Shown here: positions 1 through 11,637 of the stretch, in pieces
How positions within the stretch are numbered: the first letter of the stretch is position 1
Layout: the number at the start of each line of letters is the position of its first letter
NCBI GenBank assembly: GCA_052426225.1
Contig: JBNJNM010000021.1
Span: forward strand, 1,612,001-1,676,000
From: Zancudomyces culisetae HAW-14-8
Taxonomy: Eukaryota; Fungi; Kickxellomycota
Direction of reading: 5' to 3'
DNA length: 64,000 nucleotides
Notes under the pieces: generated by a model
Seen by the model: only the letters and a program-made list of their open reading frames with translations
Databases searched by the model: none
Told to the model about the DNA's origin: nothing
Program-made: the position numbers and the translations under genes

Positions 1-505
1 GAACTAGATTAAGGTATCTACTTATCGTGAAACTTGTAATTTTCTTTTGTTGATTTTAACATAGATATGGTTTATCAATTTTAACATTGATTTAGTAATT
101 GATTTTATCATAGTTTTTGTTTATCGATTTTAGTATTGATTTTGTTCATTGATATTAGCATTGATTTTGTTTATTGATTTTATCATAGTTTTGTTTATCG
201 ATTTTAGCGTTGATTTTGTTTATCGATTTTATCATGGTTTTTGTTTATCCAATTTTTTCATGGATTTGGTTTATCCAATTTTTTCAAGGATTTTTGTTAA
301 ATTTAATTATTGGAAAATTTCTTGATTTTGCTTAGTAAATTTTCCCAATAATAAAATCAGAAAATTCATGGTGAATTTTGCAAACTCAATTCCAATGTCG
401 GAATGGCATATTAGAAAACCGGAAATGAAATAATAAAATAGGTTAGATTATTAGTAGGCCAAAATGTAACTAAAAATTATGTTCCAGGAATTGGCCATTC
501 CTACA
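1..505. mobile_element. LTR (family X), truncated by the window edge, inserted into a tyrosine-recombinase gene
   Basis: Near-identical to 5511-5992. Ends ...GGCCATTCCTACA (the other copy ends CCTAACA). Contains ~20-bp GATTTTGTTTATC-type tandem repeats. Confidence 0.85.
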
Positions 506-506
506 G

Positions 507-671
507 GCACTAGGAGCGACTACAGCGTTCAAGGCGGGAATCCCAAATGAGCAAATCATTGATCATGCGGGATGGTCGGGTTTGGCAATGTTTAAGGAAT
601 ACTACAGAATAGATTCCAATATTACAGCCAACATTACAGAGGCGGTTTTACCGTCTGAATCAAACATTTGA
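507..671 (+). pseudogene. C-terminus of a tyrosine recombinase (DIRS/Ngaro-type retrotransposon or Crypton)
   Basis: Translates to ALGATTAFKAGIPNEQIIDHAGWSGLAMFKEYYRIDSNITANITEAVLPSESNI*. This fits the YR box II pattern following HxxR (GI...I...AGWS....F..YY). Its 5' side is cut by the LTR ending at 505. Confidence 0.7.
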
Positions 672-1130
672 TACCACTCTCAGGTATCTTAGTAGAATTA
701 AACGATTTTTAGAAGTTTAATTTATATTATACTGAAGCGTGGTTTCAATTTCCTGTCCTCCCAATCCCTAGAAACTTCCTCATAGTTATATTTACATCAA
801 AAATTTTTATTAAAACGATTCAAGCAATAATGAAACATTTGCTGAGTGGAAAAAAATATAGGCCAATAAAATACAAATCATATAAAAATAACAAAATATA
901 ACAAAACAATTATTTACTTGATAAATTCTTAGGCTTAACGGTGCAAAATTTTCTGGTCACACTATTCGAAAATTCACCTTACTGCTTGAAGCCTCATGTG
1001 TGATGATGAAGAGGCGGGTGTGTCCGGTACTAGCCCCTAAGGTCGTTAACGCTCACATTGGTCCCCTAAGTTCCTTCACTCGCTTCGTAGTAGCCGATTA
1101 TTAGACTACAATTTTAGCTGCCAAAGATAG

Positions 1131-2670
1131 TGTTATGAATGGTAAATATTGAGACAATATTATTGTTTAAATATAACTAAATATTAAATTCACTAAATGT
1201 ATATTTCTTTTAGCGATCTTCAGTTTACCAAGCCGACTAAAATTTTTTTTGGTAATTTCCAGAAATGTATATATATTATTTTATTATATCTAAATTTATA
1301 ATTTTGTAAAACTTGTAAGCAAAATATTAATATTGTATTAAATTTATTAGATAATATATACTAGATATTAATTATCGTCAATATTGATATTTATAATACA
1401 ATATTTAAATAATTTTATAAAGATATGTCTATAAAAAATTTATAATTTCTAGTCTTAAACTTCAAATTATTGCTTAATTATTTTTCAATAATGATGATAA
1501 ATTATTATCATTTCCGTATTTATTTATAATATTATACCTAAATATAATCGATAATGATATTGTTAACATACTTAAATAAATAATTTATTAACTAGTAGGT
1601 TATTAGTTTTAAAGAATAAGCTAATTATATTGACTTATATCTTTTATTATACCAAAATCACAGTATATTAATTATCTTACCCTTTCTATATTCGATATAA
1701 TATTATTCGATATATTAATATCTATACAAATAATATAATTTTTAATATTTCTCTTCCTATAATCTAAAATAGCTTCGTAAATTACCTCACTATTCTCAGA
1801 TATAAATAGCACATTTATTTAACATCAAGGCATTATACCTAGAGACCCCGAACTCGCGTATTTAACCCACAGCCTATTCAATAAGTAACTAGAATACCTA
1901 TTAAATGATACTAGTATGTATCACAATTTTAATAATTTTTAATAATTTTAATTTTAAACAATTTAGATCACAATAATAATATATTCCCTTGCATAATATG
2001 GAAAGTAATGTGAAAATGATAAAATTCTATATTTAGAATAGTTGTGAATTGTGAGTAGACTATAATTATTTGAATAGTTAAAAATTATCCACTTGTGTCG
2101 AGTACAGTAATATTATCATTGCATGGTAGTATAAATATATAATTGAATATATAATTTATTAGTTATTTCCAATATTTTTATTTTCTATATATATAATATG
2201 GATTGGAACAAACTAATATTTTTGATATATAAAATTCATAAAAGTTCCACACATTTATAAGGTGCTAGTGCTTACTCCATTAAAGTAAAAAATTAATAAA
2301 TGAATATTTTGTTACTACAGCATAGATGATGTATATACACAATATTAAGTCATTTAACACTAGCTTAAGTTTGTTGTAATCATTGACATAACCATAAATA
2401 TGTATATATTCTAGACCTTTGTGTCTATTTTTATTTATTGGTAAGTTTAAATTACGAATTATAATTTATAAATATGTTAATATCATTTCGGGAATTTCTA
2501 ATAACATTCTAGAAATTTATTAATATTTAACTATTTTATTTTAAGTTCATATCTAGAACTTTTTGATTAGTAATCAAGCGATAAAACAATAATTTCTAAA
2601 TTAGTTTCATTATTTATATATGTATATAAACCTTGGTTTTTTCCTTGTAATTTCTATTCCTTATCTGACA
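1131..2670. mobile_element. Degenerate AT-rich LTR remnants, boundaries uncertain
   Basis: TGTTA start at 1131, TGTTGTA at 2372, CTGACA end at 2670. ATAAGGTGCTA near 2257 resembles the end of solo LTR G (11304-11629). No ORFs. Confidence 0.4.
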
Positions 2671-2675
2671 ACAAT

Positions 2676-3270
2676 TGTAATATATAAATAAAAAATAGTA
2701 CTAAACTATTTATTTCCAAATCAGTCTTGATAATTTATAGTTGACTAAAAAATCAAAAGCTAAATAATAATTATAAAATTTTGTAATTAAATTTTTTAAG
2801 GTTAACATTCGTATATACACTATACATCAGTCTAATAAATATTCTATTATATTTAAATATATATTACTTTAAATTATAAATGTTATTAATTTTAAAATTT
2901 GATAAACGTAAACAATAATCAAAAAATAAAAGAAATTATAATAGTGTATATGATTTAAATATACCAATACTTTTTAATGTTGAACTAAACCACAACATCG
3001 AAAATCATGACATAATCATGGGTCAAAAACTTTGACTGTGCATAGAAGTCTAAAATGTTTATCTTCGATATTCTAGGTATTTCGACCTATTATATGTGTA
3101 CAAAATTATATCTGAGAAAAAAGTATATAATCCACAGAATTCGTTGTGGAATAGTCATTGTTAAATATCTATTTAATAAATAAATTTAATTTAATTATAT
3201 CAAGACCTTATATTTAAAAAATAAAATACTATAGTAGTATAAATCATCGTTGTACACAACAAAGATAACA
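2676..3270. mobile_element. Solo LTR related (inverted) to the one at 17753-18213
   Basis: TGTAA...TAACA termini flanked by ACAAT on both sides (2671-2675, 3271-3275). 2977-3030 is the reverse complement of ~17970-18022 (AATGTTGAACTAAACCxCAACAT.GAAAATCATGA). Confidence 0.65.
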
Positions 3271-3274
3271 ACAA

Positions 3275-3890
3275 TGTATTCACGGAATGATAATTACTGT
3301 TAGTTATGTTTCAAAATAAATTAATTAATTTCATGTTAATATAATTCTCCATGACCAAATCAAGAAGGTTACAAAATGAAATTGTTACCATATACAAATT
3401 ACTATAATGTAACTAAGTATAAATTACTAAATGTAACTAAGTACAAATTATTAAAGGAACTAAGAACAAATTATTAAATTAATTTAACCAAGTCAAATAA
3501 AAATGAATTTCGCGATGAAATTTCGTTAAAATATTATTCACAGACCATTATAGGAAATATAAAACCTAGAAACAATTCCGTAACTAATAATTCAAAATAT
3601 TGTCAGAATAACATGAATGACGCAATCATTGACACGCTAAACTCACGGTAGTTATTCACATCAGGTACTCATAAGTTTAATAGTCAAATTTATAGTTTGA
3701 TAGAACCTTTAATTTAGCAAATTTTATATGATAAAATCTTTGAAGTAAATAGTATAAAATCCCTTTCTTAATCCATCGTAAAAGAACTTCAGAGAATAAA
3801 ACTTATGATCTATTGATACCATATTTTTCTAAATAATTAATAATAATATATAATTTAAAAATAAAATTAATCAAGTATTAACAATTAACA
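3275..3890. mobile_element. LTR-like remnants with ~22-bp tandem repeats; they truncate the RT of the adjacent Gypsy element
   Basis: TGTA start at 3275, TGTCA at 3601, TAACA end at 3890 abutting RT codons. ACAAATTAxTAAATGTAACTAAG-like repeats at ~3393-3480. No matching TSD found. Confidence 0.45.
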
Positions 3891-5013
3891 AAGGACTGGA
3901 ACGTGGCTGGAGCATTCATAAGGCCAAACGCCATGACCTTAACTCGAAGTGGCCGTAGCGTGTACGAAACGCGGTCTTCCATTCTTCACCAGGCGAGATC
4001 CTGATCATGTGGTATGCGGATTTCATATCCAGCTTGGTGAATATCTTGGCTTTGCCAAGCCGATCCAAGGTTTCAGAGATGAGTGGCAAGGCTGCACGGT
4101 TGGGGACAGTGATCTTATTCAGGGCTCTATAGTCGACGCACAACCGGAGACTACCATCTTTCTTTTTTACAAATAGGACGGGAGCCCCAGCCGGGGATTC
4201 AGAGCGTTGGATAAAACCATTGGCTAGGTTTTCCTGAATGTAGTCATACAGGGTCTTTAGTTCCAATTGGGAGAGGTTGTACAATGGGCCATATGGTATC
4301 TTTGAGTCAGGAAGCAAAGGAATGGTATGATCATATGGACGATGTTCAGGCAGTTTGGCAGATTGGGATTCAGAGAAGACAGATTCAAACATTTTATACT
4401 TTTCAGGGATTACAGGAGTAACAGGGTTTTCAAGAGAAGATTCAGAGACAAGACAGAGATTTTCACAAGATTCAGGAGATACAAGAGATTCAAGATTGTA
4501 TACGGTAATTGCACCAGCATAGACAGTGTCTGGTGCCTTCAGATGTTCTTTAAACTGGTTTGAGCCCACAAGAGAGATGTCTAGGTTGACATGGTTGGGC
4601 CCACAAGAAGTCAAGGTACAAGGCAGATGGACTATGTTCTCAGTCCAGTTGATGTCAGGATTGTGTTGTTGAAGCCAGGAAAGACCAAGGATGATTGGTG
4701 AAGATCCAAGATCTAGTTGTTGCAGATAGATACTTTCGAGATGGTTATCATTGATTTTTAGTGTTACTTGGGAGGCAGAGTTGGATCTAAGCTTTGATCC
4801 GTCAGCGAGAGTGATTGTCATTTTTCTAGATATAGATGGGAGATTGTTTTTTAGAGCAAAGGTGGCGTCAATGAACGAGGACGAAGCACCAGAGTCAACC
4901 ATAGCGTAGGTTTTGATGTGATGGTGCTTGGACAAGATGGTTACAGGAATGGTCAAGGTGTTTGGTTTATCAGGAGATTGGGTGTCAGAAACAGGAGTGG
5001 TTACAGTGGCGTG

Positions 5014-5073
5014 GGGACTGGCTAAGTTGCCCAATAGGTGTCCCTTACTGTCTACTGGGCGGTGTCGTTTTCC
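5014..5073 (-). promoter_or_regulatory. Programmed -1 ribosomal frameshift signal (slippery heptamer plus probable pseudoknot) at the gag/pol junction
   Basis: Minus strand G GAA AAC (5073-5067), 6-nt spacer, stem GCCCAGTAG/CTATTGGGC (5060-5052/5037-5029). Loop GGGAC is complementary to downstream GTCCC (5018-5014). The pol ORF is in the -1 frame and open from the heptamer. Confidence 0.75.
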
Positions 5074-5265
5074 TGTGTTGGTGTAATGCTGGAGATGTTG
5101 TGGCGTTTCTTTGGACAGTTGATGTTGAAATGGTCATTACCGCCACAATAGAGACAGAGGTTGTTTACGATACGGTATGCTCTTTGAGCAGGAGTAAGTG
5201 GTGGTCTTCTAGTCGATGAAGCGGTACTGAGATTCATTGGTTGAGGTCCATCACTATTAGCTGGT

Positions 5266-5992
5266 TGTTATAAACAATGAGCTGCTTATAACTTGGAGTA
5301 GAGATTTGTTATGCTTGATTAATATTTATTTAGGGAGAAGTAAGTATTTATGAACTTATAATATTTGATGTGTTGATAAATATATATTTTTCTCTGATGT
5401 ATCCCAACGTAATTTCGAAGGGTTTATATAATTTTTCATCAGAGAATTTTACTGTGAAGAAAAACTTAAAGTCAATAAATCTTAGCTATAAAATTTGACT
5501 ATGTAAAATTGAACTAGATTAAGGTATCTACTTATCGTGAAACTTGTAATTTTCTTTTGTTGATTTTAACATTGATTTAGTATATCAATTTTAACATTGA
5601 TTTTGTAATTGATTTTATCATAGTTTTTGTTTATCGATTTTAGTATTGATTTTGTTCATTGATATTAGCATTGATTTTGTTTATTGATTTTAGCGTTGAT
5701 TTTGTTTATCGATTTTATCATGGTTTTTGTTTATCCAATTTTTTCATGGATTTGGTTTATCCAATTTTTTCAAGGATTTTTGTTAAATTTAATTATTGGA
5801 AAATTTCTTGATTTTGCTTAGTAAATTTTCCCAATAATAAAATCAGAAAATTCATGGTGAATTTTGCAAACTCAATTCCAATGTCGGAATGGCATATTAG
5901 AAAACCGGAAATGAAATAATAAAATAGGTTAGATTATTAGTAGGCCAAATTGTAACTACAAATTATGTTCCAGGAATTGGCCATTCCTAACA
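5266..5992. mobile_element. Solo LTR (family X, 727 bp) nested in gag
   Basis: TGTTA...TAACA termini; perfect 5-bp TSD CTGGT (5261-5265, 5993-5997); near-identical to 1-505. Confidence 0.93.
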
Positions 5993-7040
5993 CTGGTGGA
6001 GTGGTAGATGGTGCAGAAACAGGTGAAGCAAACGGGTTGTAAGCAGTGGGTTAAGGTGGCATAGTTGCAGTGGGGTTAACTGGAGGTTGACGACGTTGTG
6101 GATGGCTGAAGAGGCGGTTGTCGATCTGGATGGCTGTAGCGATCAGGGTATCGATGTCTTCTATTGGTTCTCTACGGTTGAGTTCCTGGGATACGTTGTA
6201 CTTGAGACCGGATAGAAACTGTGAGATAAGTGGTGGTTGGTTCCAGTCAATTAACATCTGTAGGCGTCTAAACTCGGTGGCATATGCGGCAACGGAAGTG
6301 GTTTGGCGGAGTTGGCGGATTGCCCTATCAGCATTCTCAATAGGGTTGGGATCACCAAAGGCACGAGTGATAGTTTCTTTAAACAGATTGTAGTTGGAGA
6401 GGATGGCAGGACGGTCAGACTCTGGAAGGTTTGCTTTCATGAGGTAAGGTTCCATGTAACTGAATGGTGTGCCTGAGAGGTAGGAGATGGCATCAAGACT
6501 TTACAAGAGTCTGTGTTGAATTTATCGGGTGAAGCGGCAAAGACGAGAGCAAGCTGTGAAAAGAAGTTGGAACAGGCGGATGGTTTTCCTGAAAATGTGT
6601 CTGGGTGTCTTACTTTGATACTAGGTTCAGAAGTACTAGCAGGTTTGGCGGCACGGTTTTCAGTTATATAAAGTATGACTTCGTTCCTGAGGGTACTGAG
6701 CTGGTCCTGAAGGGATTGGATTTCCAACTGGTTGGCCTGTATGGCGCTTTGGTTTAGCTGGTCTGAATTCTGGATATCGGACTGGAGGTTGTTCATGGAG
6801 TCAAGAATGATCTGGATGGACTTGGTGGTGTCAGATTTGACCTTGTCATAAATTTTCATGGATACTGTGGCAGGGTGTTCCTTTATGGCAGACTCGGCTT
6901 TTTCTAATTTTATTAGTAGTTGCTGGAGGGCTTCTTCAACTGCTGGCAGGGTCACGGCGGCTTTGTTAAGAAATTCAACTTGTTCTGGGCTAAACGGTTC
7001 CATGGTTAATATACTAAGGCTGGTTTCAGAAAATAATATA

Positions 7041-8602
7041 CAGTGAGTTTCAAAAATGTCTCAAAATAATGATAATAATTTTCAAAGTGTAATATCTCGC
7101 TCAATAAAATCCAGAAATTAGATAATTTTATAAATATATGCACAATTGGTATAATTTAATTTTATAAAACTGTATTTTTATTGGTTAAAAATTCATTATG
7201 AAATTATAAATTGCAAAAATTTTAAAAATGAGACAATTTTGGGAATTTTTCAAAAAAAAACTTTAAAATACTGTCCACCTTCCTTTAGACTTGATAACTG
7301 CCTCAACTCATTTGGGCATACTATCTATAAGACCAAGTATTGTTTCCACTGTAATTAAATTCCATTCCGTATCTATTCGCTCCCATAATTCGATCATCCC
7401 GGACGGAGGTTTAAAGTATCTATTTAGGCGTCTTTTGATGATTGCCCATATAGTTTCGATTAAGTTTAAGTCTGGAGATTGTGGCGGCCAGTCCAATGTA
7501 TTATATTCCTGGTTTTCAAGCCAGCATGTAACTAACTTTGCGGTATGTTTAGGATCATTGTCATGTTGAAATATTATTGACTTGGGATCCAACTTGTAGT
7601 ACTTTATTGTATTGCTAAGCTCGTCTATTAAAATGTTTAAATAACCTTCCTAGTTTAACATTCCTTCTATTCGGCACATGTAGCCAGTTCCAAATGCTGT
7701 GATGCATCCCCAAATCATTAATGATCCTCCACCGTGTTTTACGGTCTGGTTAATATTGTGCGGCTGTAGACTCACACCATCACGAACCCAAGTCCATTCA
7801 TTTCCATCAGATCCAAATCGGTTGATTTTAGTTTTGTCGGACCAAATTACTCGTCTCCAATCATCAGTAGTCCAGTGGCGATGAGATTTTGCGAATCTCA
7901 ACCTTTTTGCAATACTTTTAAGGCTCAGTTTCGGTTTGGATGCCTTCTTTTTTGCAACGGCTTTTAGATCATTAAAAGCCCTATATATTGTAGACTTACT
8001 AGCACTTACAACATTATCCATTTCTAACTTCTTTTGTATCGAAGTAGCATATCGATACTCTCCAGATAATATCATCCTAGTACATATTCGCTTGCTTTGG
8101 GGTGAAAGCTTCGCTGAACGACCGCGTTTATTAGCCGGTATATTGATATTCATTGCTGCTTTTATTGTGTATATTGTTGCTTTACTAACTCCATTTTCTA
8201 TAATGATTTGGTCAATGCTTCTGCCTTCAAGTAACGCGTTTTTAATATCCAGTTTACGTTGTTCAGATATCATTTTTTTAATAATTATTATTTTGATTAG
8301 TATGACAATTATATAAATTAATATATGTAAAAGTTTGAAAATTAATAAGTTTGAATTCATAAAGTTATGATAGTTTAAATTTTTTATTTGAAAAATTCCC
8401 AAAATTGTCTCATTTTTAAAATTTTTTCAATTTATAATTTATAATGAATTTTTATCCAATTAATTTACAGTTTATATAAAATTAACATATAACATTTGTG
8501 CATGTTATAATATAAAAAACATATAATTTCTGGATATTATTGAGCGAGATATTACACATTGAAAATTATTTCCAATATTTGAGACATTTTTGAAACTCAC
8601 TG
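7041..8602 (-). mobile_element. Tc1/mariner (DD34E, Tc1-type) DNA transposon with ~230-bp imperfect TIRs
   Basis: Both ends CAGTGAGTTTCAAAAATGTCTCAAA, inverted. Inverted similarity extends over ~7041-7270 vs ~8370-8602. TA on both flanks (7039-7040, 8603-8604). Confidence 0.95.
7263..8273 (-). pseudogene. Tc1 transposase (336 codons) with two in-frame nonsense codons
   Basis: Motifs WSDKTK, TVKHGGGSLMIWGC, FQHDNDPKH, WPPQSPDLNLIE. Stops TAG at 7650-7652 and TGA at 7308-7310; the frame continues VEAVIKSKGRWTVF*. Confidence 0.92.
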
Positions 8603-9454
8603 TATGTGGAAAACTCTGTTGATACTTAGAACCATGAAATCAAAGTCTACTGGACTGAGCTCGTCAGAAATGCTTTTTGGATACCAGATCGAAATATCTC
8701 ATGCATGGCAACGTACAGGTGAAATAGAAAGATTTGAAGTAAGGGTACTCGATCGTATAAAAGCTGTAACTGACCATCTACCGGAGTTGAGAAAGCTATG
8801 TGTGGAAAAGCTGGTTATAGGGAAGTTTTCAAGCGAAGTCAGGTATAATCAACGAGTAGTAAAACGTACTTTTAAAAGAAGTGAACAGGTACTTAAACTG
8901 ATAGAATACGAACGTACGAAGTTCGAAAAGCTATATGAAGGACCATACAGAGTAGTAAGAGCTCTTGATAAAGGTGCATACGTAATACAAGATGATTTTA
9001 ATAATCGCGACTTAGTCCATGGAGACAGTTTGAAACCCTATCATACCAAGGATAATATGATTCCTGAGCCGATTAATCCATTGAAGTCTAAACTTAGAAG
9101 ATATAAGTCAAACACACGCTATGAGGGCATTAGCGCTTAGAGCGGAAGAATTCTGTTGTATAGCAGAAATTATAGCCATTTTTAATTATTGAATAATAGT
9201 TATCATATCTAGTTTAATTTCATCACATCCTTATCATTTTTAACAATAGTGTTTTTGGTTGGAATGTGATTAGTTTTACGTTTATTTAAGTTTAGTTTAG
9301 ATAGTATTTAACAACAACAAAGAAGAAAAATAAAGAACAACCTTTTTACTCCAGATCAAAATAAGTATATTGCAAGTTTTAATAGCAAATAAACTAGTAC
9401 AATTTTATAAGTAGAATAGTTCAATAGAATAAATTCACCGGTTATGATACAACA
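8603..9454 (+). mobile_element. Gypsy element A: 3' remnant (integrase C-terminus 8604-9140, degenerate PPT, 3' LTR 9154-9454)
   Basis: Peptide colinear with the integrase end of element C (WKTLLILRTMK..STG, EGPY, DLVHGD, EGISA*). AGAGCGGAAGAA precedes TGTTGTA...TACAACA. Confidence 0.88.
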
Positions 9455-9459
9455 CAACA

Positions 9460-9692
9460 TGTCGTATAGTAAACTAAACTGAAGAGTTGTCATAATTTTA
9501 TTGTTTAGTTTTATTTATGTATTTTATAGAATTATTATTAATATATTTGAATGGAATTAATTAATAAATTGTTCTTTTCCGAGATATAAAATAAGTATAT
9601 AAAATTATATAATATTGAAATTGACCCGTCCCATGTAGTACTTGGTAGCGAAAGTTACCAAGTAGGAGGTTAAGCATTTTCACTACACGACA
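9460..9692. mobile_element. Solo LTR K (related to D/D')
   Basis: TGTCGTA...CACGACA termini. Shares CCCGTCC...AGTAGGAGGTTAA with 18982-19206. ACA on both flanks. Confidence 0.8.
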
Positions 9693-9696
9693 ACAA

Positions 9697-10596
9697 TGTC
9701 GTATTAATAGCTTGTATTAATATACTAAAATTTATTATGATACTATTAATATTTTAAATTTTAAATTTTATATTTATATTGATATTGTTATATATGTTAT
9801 TAATTAATTTATAAAATAAAAATGTTGTTCTTCCTTCTCTGAATGAATTAGAACGTCTTTTATACTTCTAGAAACGCTTTATAAACTTTAAATAAACTAA
9901 ATAATTATTAATATAAATTATATAAGATAGCCTAATTCATATGAAAACAGAAAACATTGTTTAAATTGGTGTGAGTGTAAAGACTCACGACAGTTGAACT
10001 AGATCGATTTACATTAACAGTGATGTCATTAGATTTACATTCACAGTGACGTCAACTGATTTACGTTCACTGTGATGTAATATGATGGCATCATTGTGAA
10101 TTTGATTGTTTAAAATTACATCGGAATTTACAATCAAAAAATCCCAGTGGGAAAAAGGATTATAATTCTTCAGTAATTTCACAACAACAACTGTCGCATC
10201 AATATGCGACAGGATGTACATCACACGGGTGCTTTCGTGTGATGTGCAAAGACATACACGGTGTTTTCACCTATGAGGTTTTTCCCGTGTAAATCTCTAT
10301 TAATTTTTATAATAATTTTATATTTATTTTATATTAATTTTATCAATGTTTCTTATATATTTATAATATAGTTAGTTTATTTAAATTATGAGAGATCAGA
10401 TATAAGGCATAGAATCTGACCTACTGAATTCAGTATCTTTTTTCTTTAGTTTATAATCGAAATTATACACATTAATCCATTGAATCTGGGTCCTACCGTC
10501 TTCAGGTAGTTATTAGGTAATAGTATCACTTTAAAAATACTTGTTAAGGCGGTAAAGTCGGGTAAAACCGACAAGGAAAAATTAAATTCCGTCACA
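9697..10596. mobile_element. Solo LTR J (~900 bp; may be composite)
   Basis: TGTCGTA start preceded by ACAA. Ends CCGTCACA directly before the next TGTCGTA. Internal 26-bp repeats and hairpins. Confidence 0.65.
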
Positions 10597-10927
10597 TGTC
10601 GTATGAAGATACGATTTTATATAATTAGCTTTATTTATTTATTAGGTTTTTAGTTAATAGTTTTGAGATTGGACCTTTTTTCCCCTGTGGTTTTTGTCCA
10701 ATAGTTTAGTAGTTTTTTACATTTTATTTCCTCGTTAAATATATTAATATCTGGAGGTTAAAGCAACCGCCCACTTGGTATTAAATAATACATACATTTT
10801 AACATTATAATAAGTTAAACATATATAGTATTAAAAAGAACAATAATACAAAAATATTATACTTAGTAATAAACATATATTATAATAAGAATATTTAACT
10901 TTCTTAGAATTGTGAAATTCTATAACA
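10597..10927. mobile_element. Solo LTR I
   Basis: TGTCGTATG...TATAACA; 4-bp TSD CACA (10593-10596, 10928-10931). Shares TTTTCCCC(T)TGTGGTTTTTG with E. Confidence 0.8.
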
Positions 10928-10932
10928 CACAA

Positions 10933-11299
10933 AGTCGTATAATATTTTATACTTTATAAATATAGTGTATGGATATTGAGAAAAACAATGGAAATACGTA
11001 ATCAAAATTATTTTAGAAATTGGACTCTTTTTGCCTTGGCAATGTTTGTTAGGTTTTTTTAGTGAGAAATTTCGATAGCAAGTTTTGGTTCGTATCTTAT
11101 CTTTTTAGAAAAAAAATCACATTTACTAAGAGTTGGCAGTATTTAGCCATTAGTAGATATTTTTAAGAACATTATAACGGATTAAGTGAGCCCATTAATC
11201 GAAGCCACAAGTAGATTCTACGCCACTTATATCCCTAAAAACCAACATAACTATTAAATAAACGGATTTTCTATATAAATATACAAAATCGTAAACACA
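10933..11299. mobile_element. Solo LTR H
   Basis: (A)GTCGTATA...AAACACA; TSD ACAA (10929-10932, 11300-11303). ATTGGAC-pyrimidine tract motif shared with I. Confidence 0.72.
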
Positions 11300-11303
11300 A
11301 CAA

Positions 11304-11629
11304 TGTAGTGAATTTTTATTAAACTACTTGATGATTTTTTATTTAGTTTCTCTGACATGATTTTTATACTAATATGTAGAATAATGTACTAAGATTAACT
11401 TTCCACGTTGGTTGTTTACAACGTGGTGTAGCTATTAGCTGCTATGAAAGACAATTGCAACCATGTCCTTATGATATTGTTGCAATTCTTAACTAAATAA
11501 TCAGTAGGTGTATGCCTCTGATTGTTTAAATACTATAAATAGACTAATAATAAACTAATAAACGTTGTATGAGGAAAAACCCATTGGGAAAAAGTGCTCA
11601 TACAATAAGGTGCTACTAAGATTACGACA
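11304..11629. mobile_element. Solo LTR G
   Basis: TGTAGT...TACGACA; TSD ACAA (11300-11303, 11630-11633). Confidence 0.8.
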
Positions 11630-11637
11630 ACAACAGG

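Larger units (their letters stand above)
3891..7003 (-). pseudogene. Truncated Ty3/Gypsy (Tf1/sushi/PEG10-like) gag-pol: capsid, CCHC zinc knuckle, aspartic protease, N-terminal RT
   Basis: Gag PDTFSG...FFSQL and LRQTTSVAAYATEF; knuckle NNLCLYCGGNDHFNINCP; protease MVDSGASSSFID; RT LPEHRPYDH, KKDGSLRLCVDYRALN, KTAFRTRYGHFE then (shifted frame) VMAFGLMNAPATFQS. Frameshifts near 6495 and 3940, stop at 6051, solo-LTR insertion at 5266-5992. No LTR of its own seen. Confidence 0.93.
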
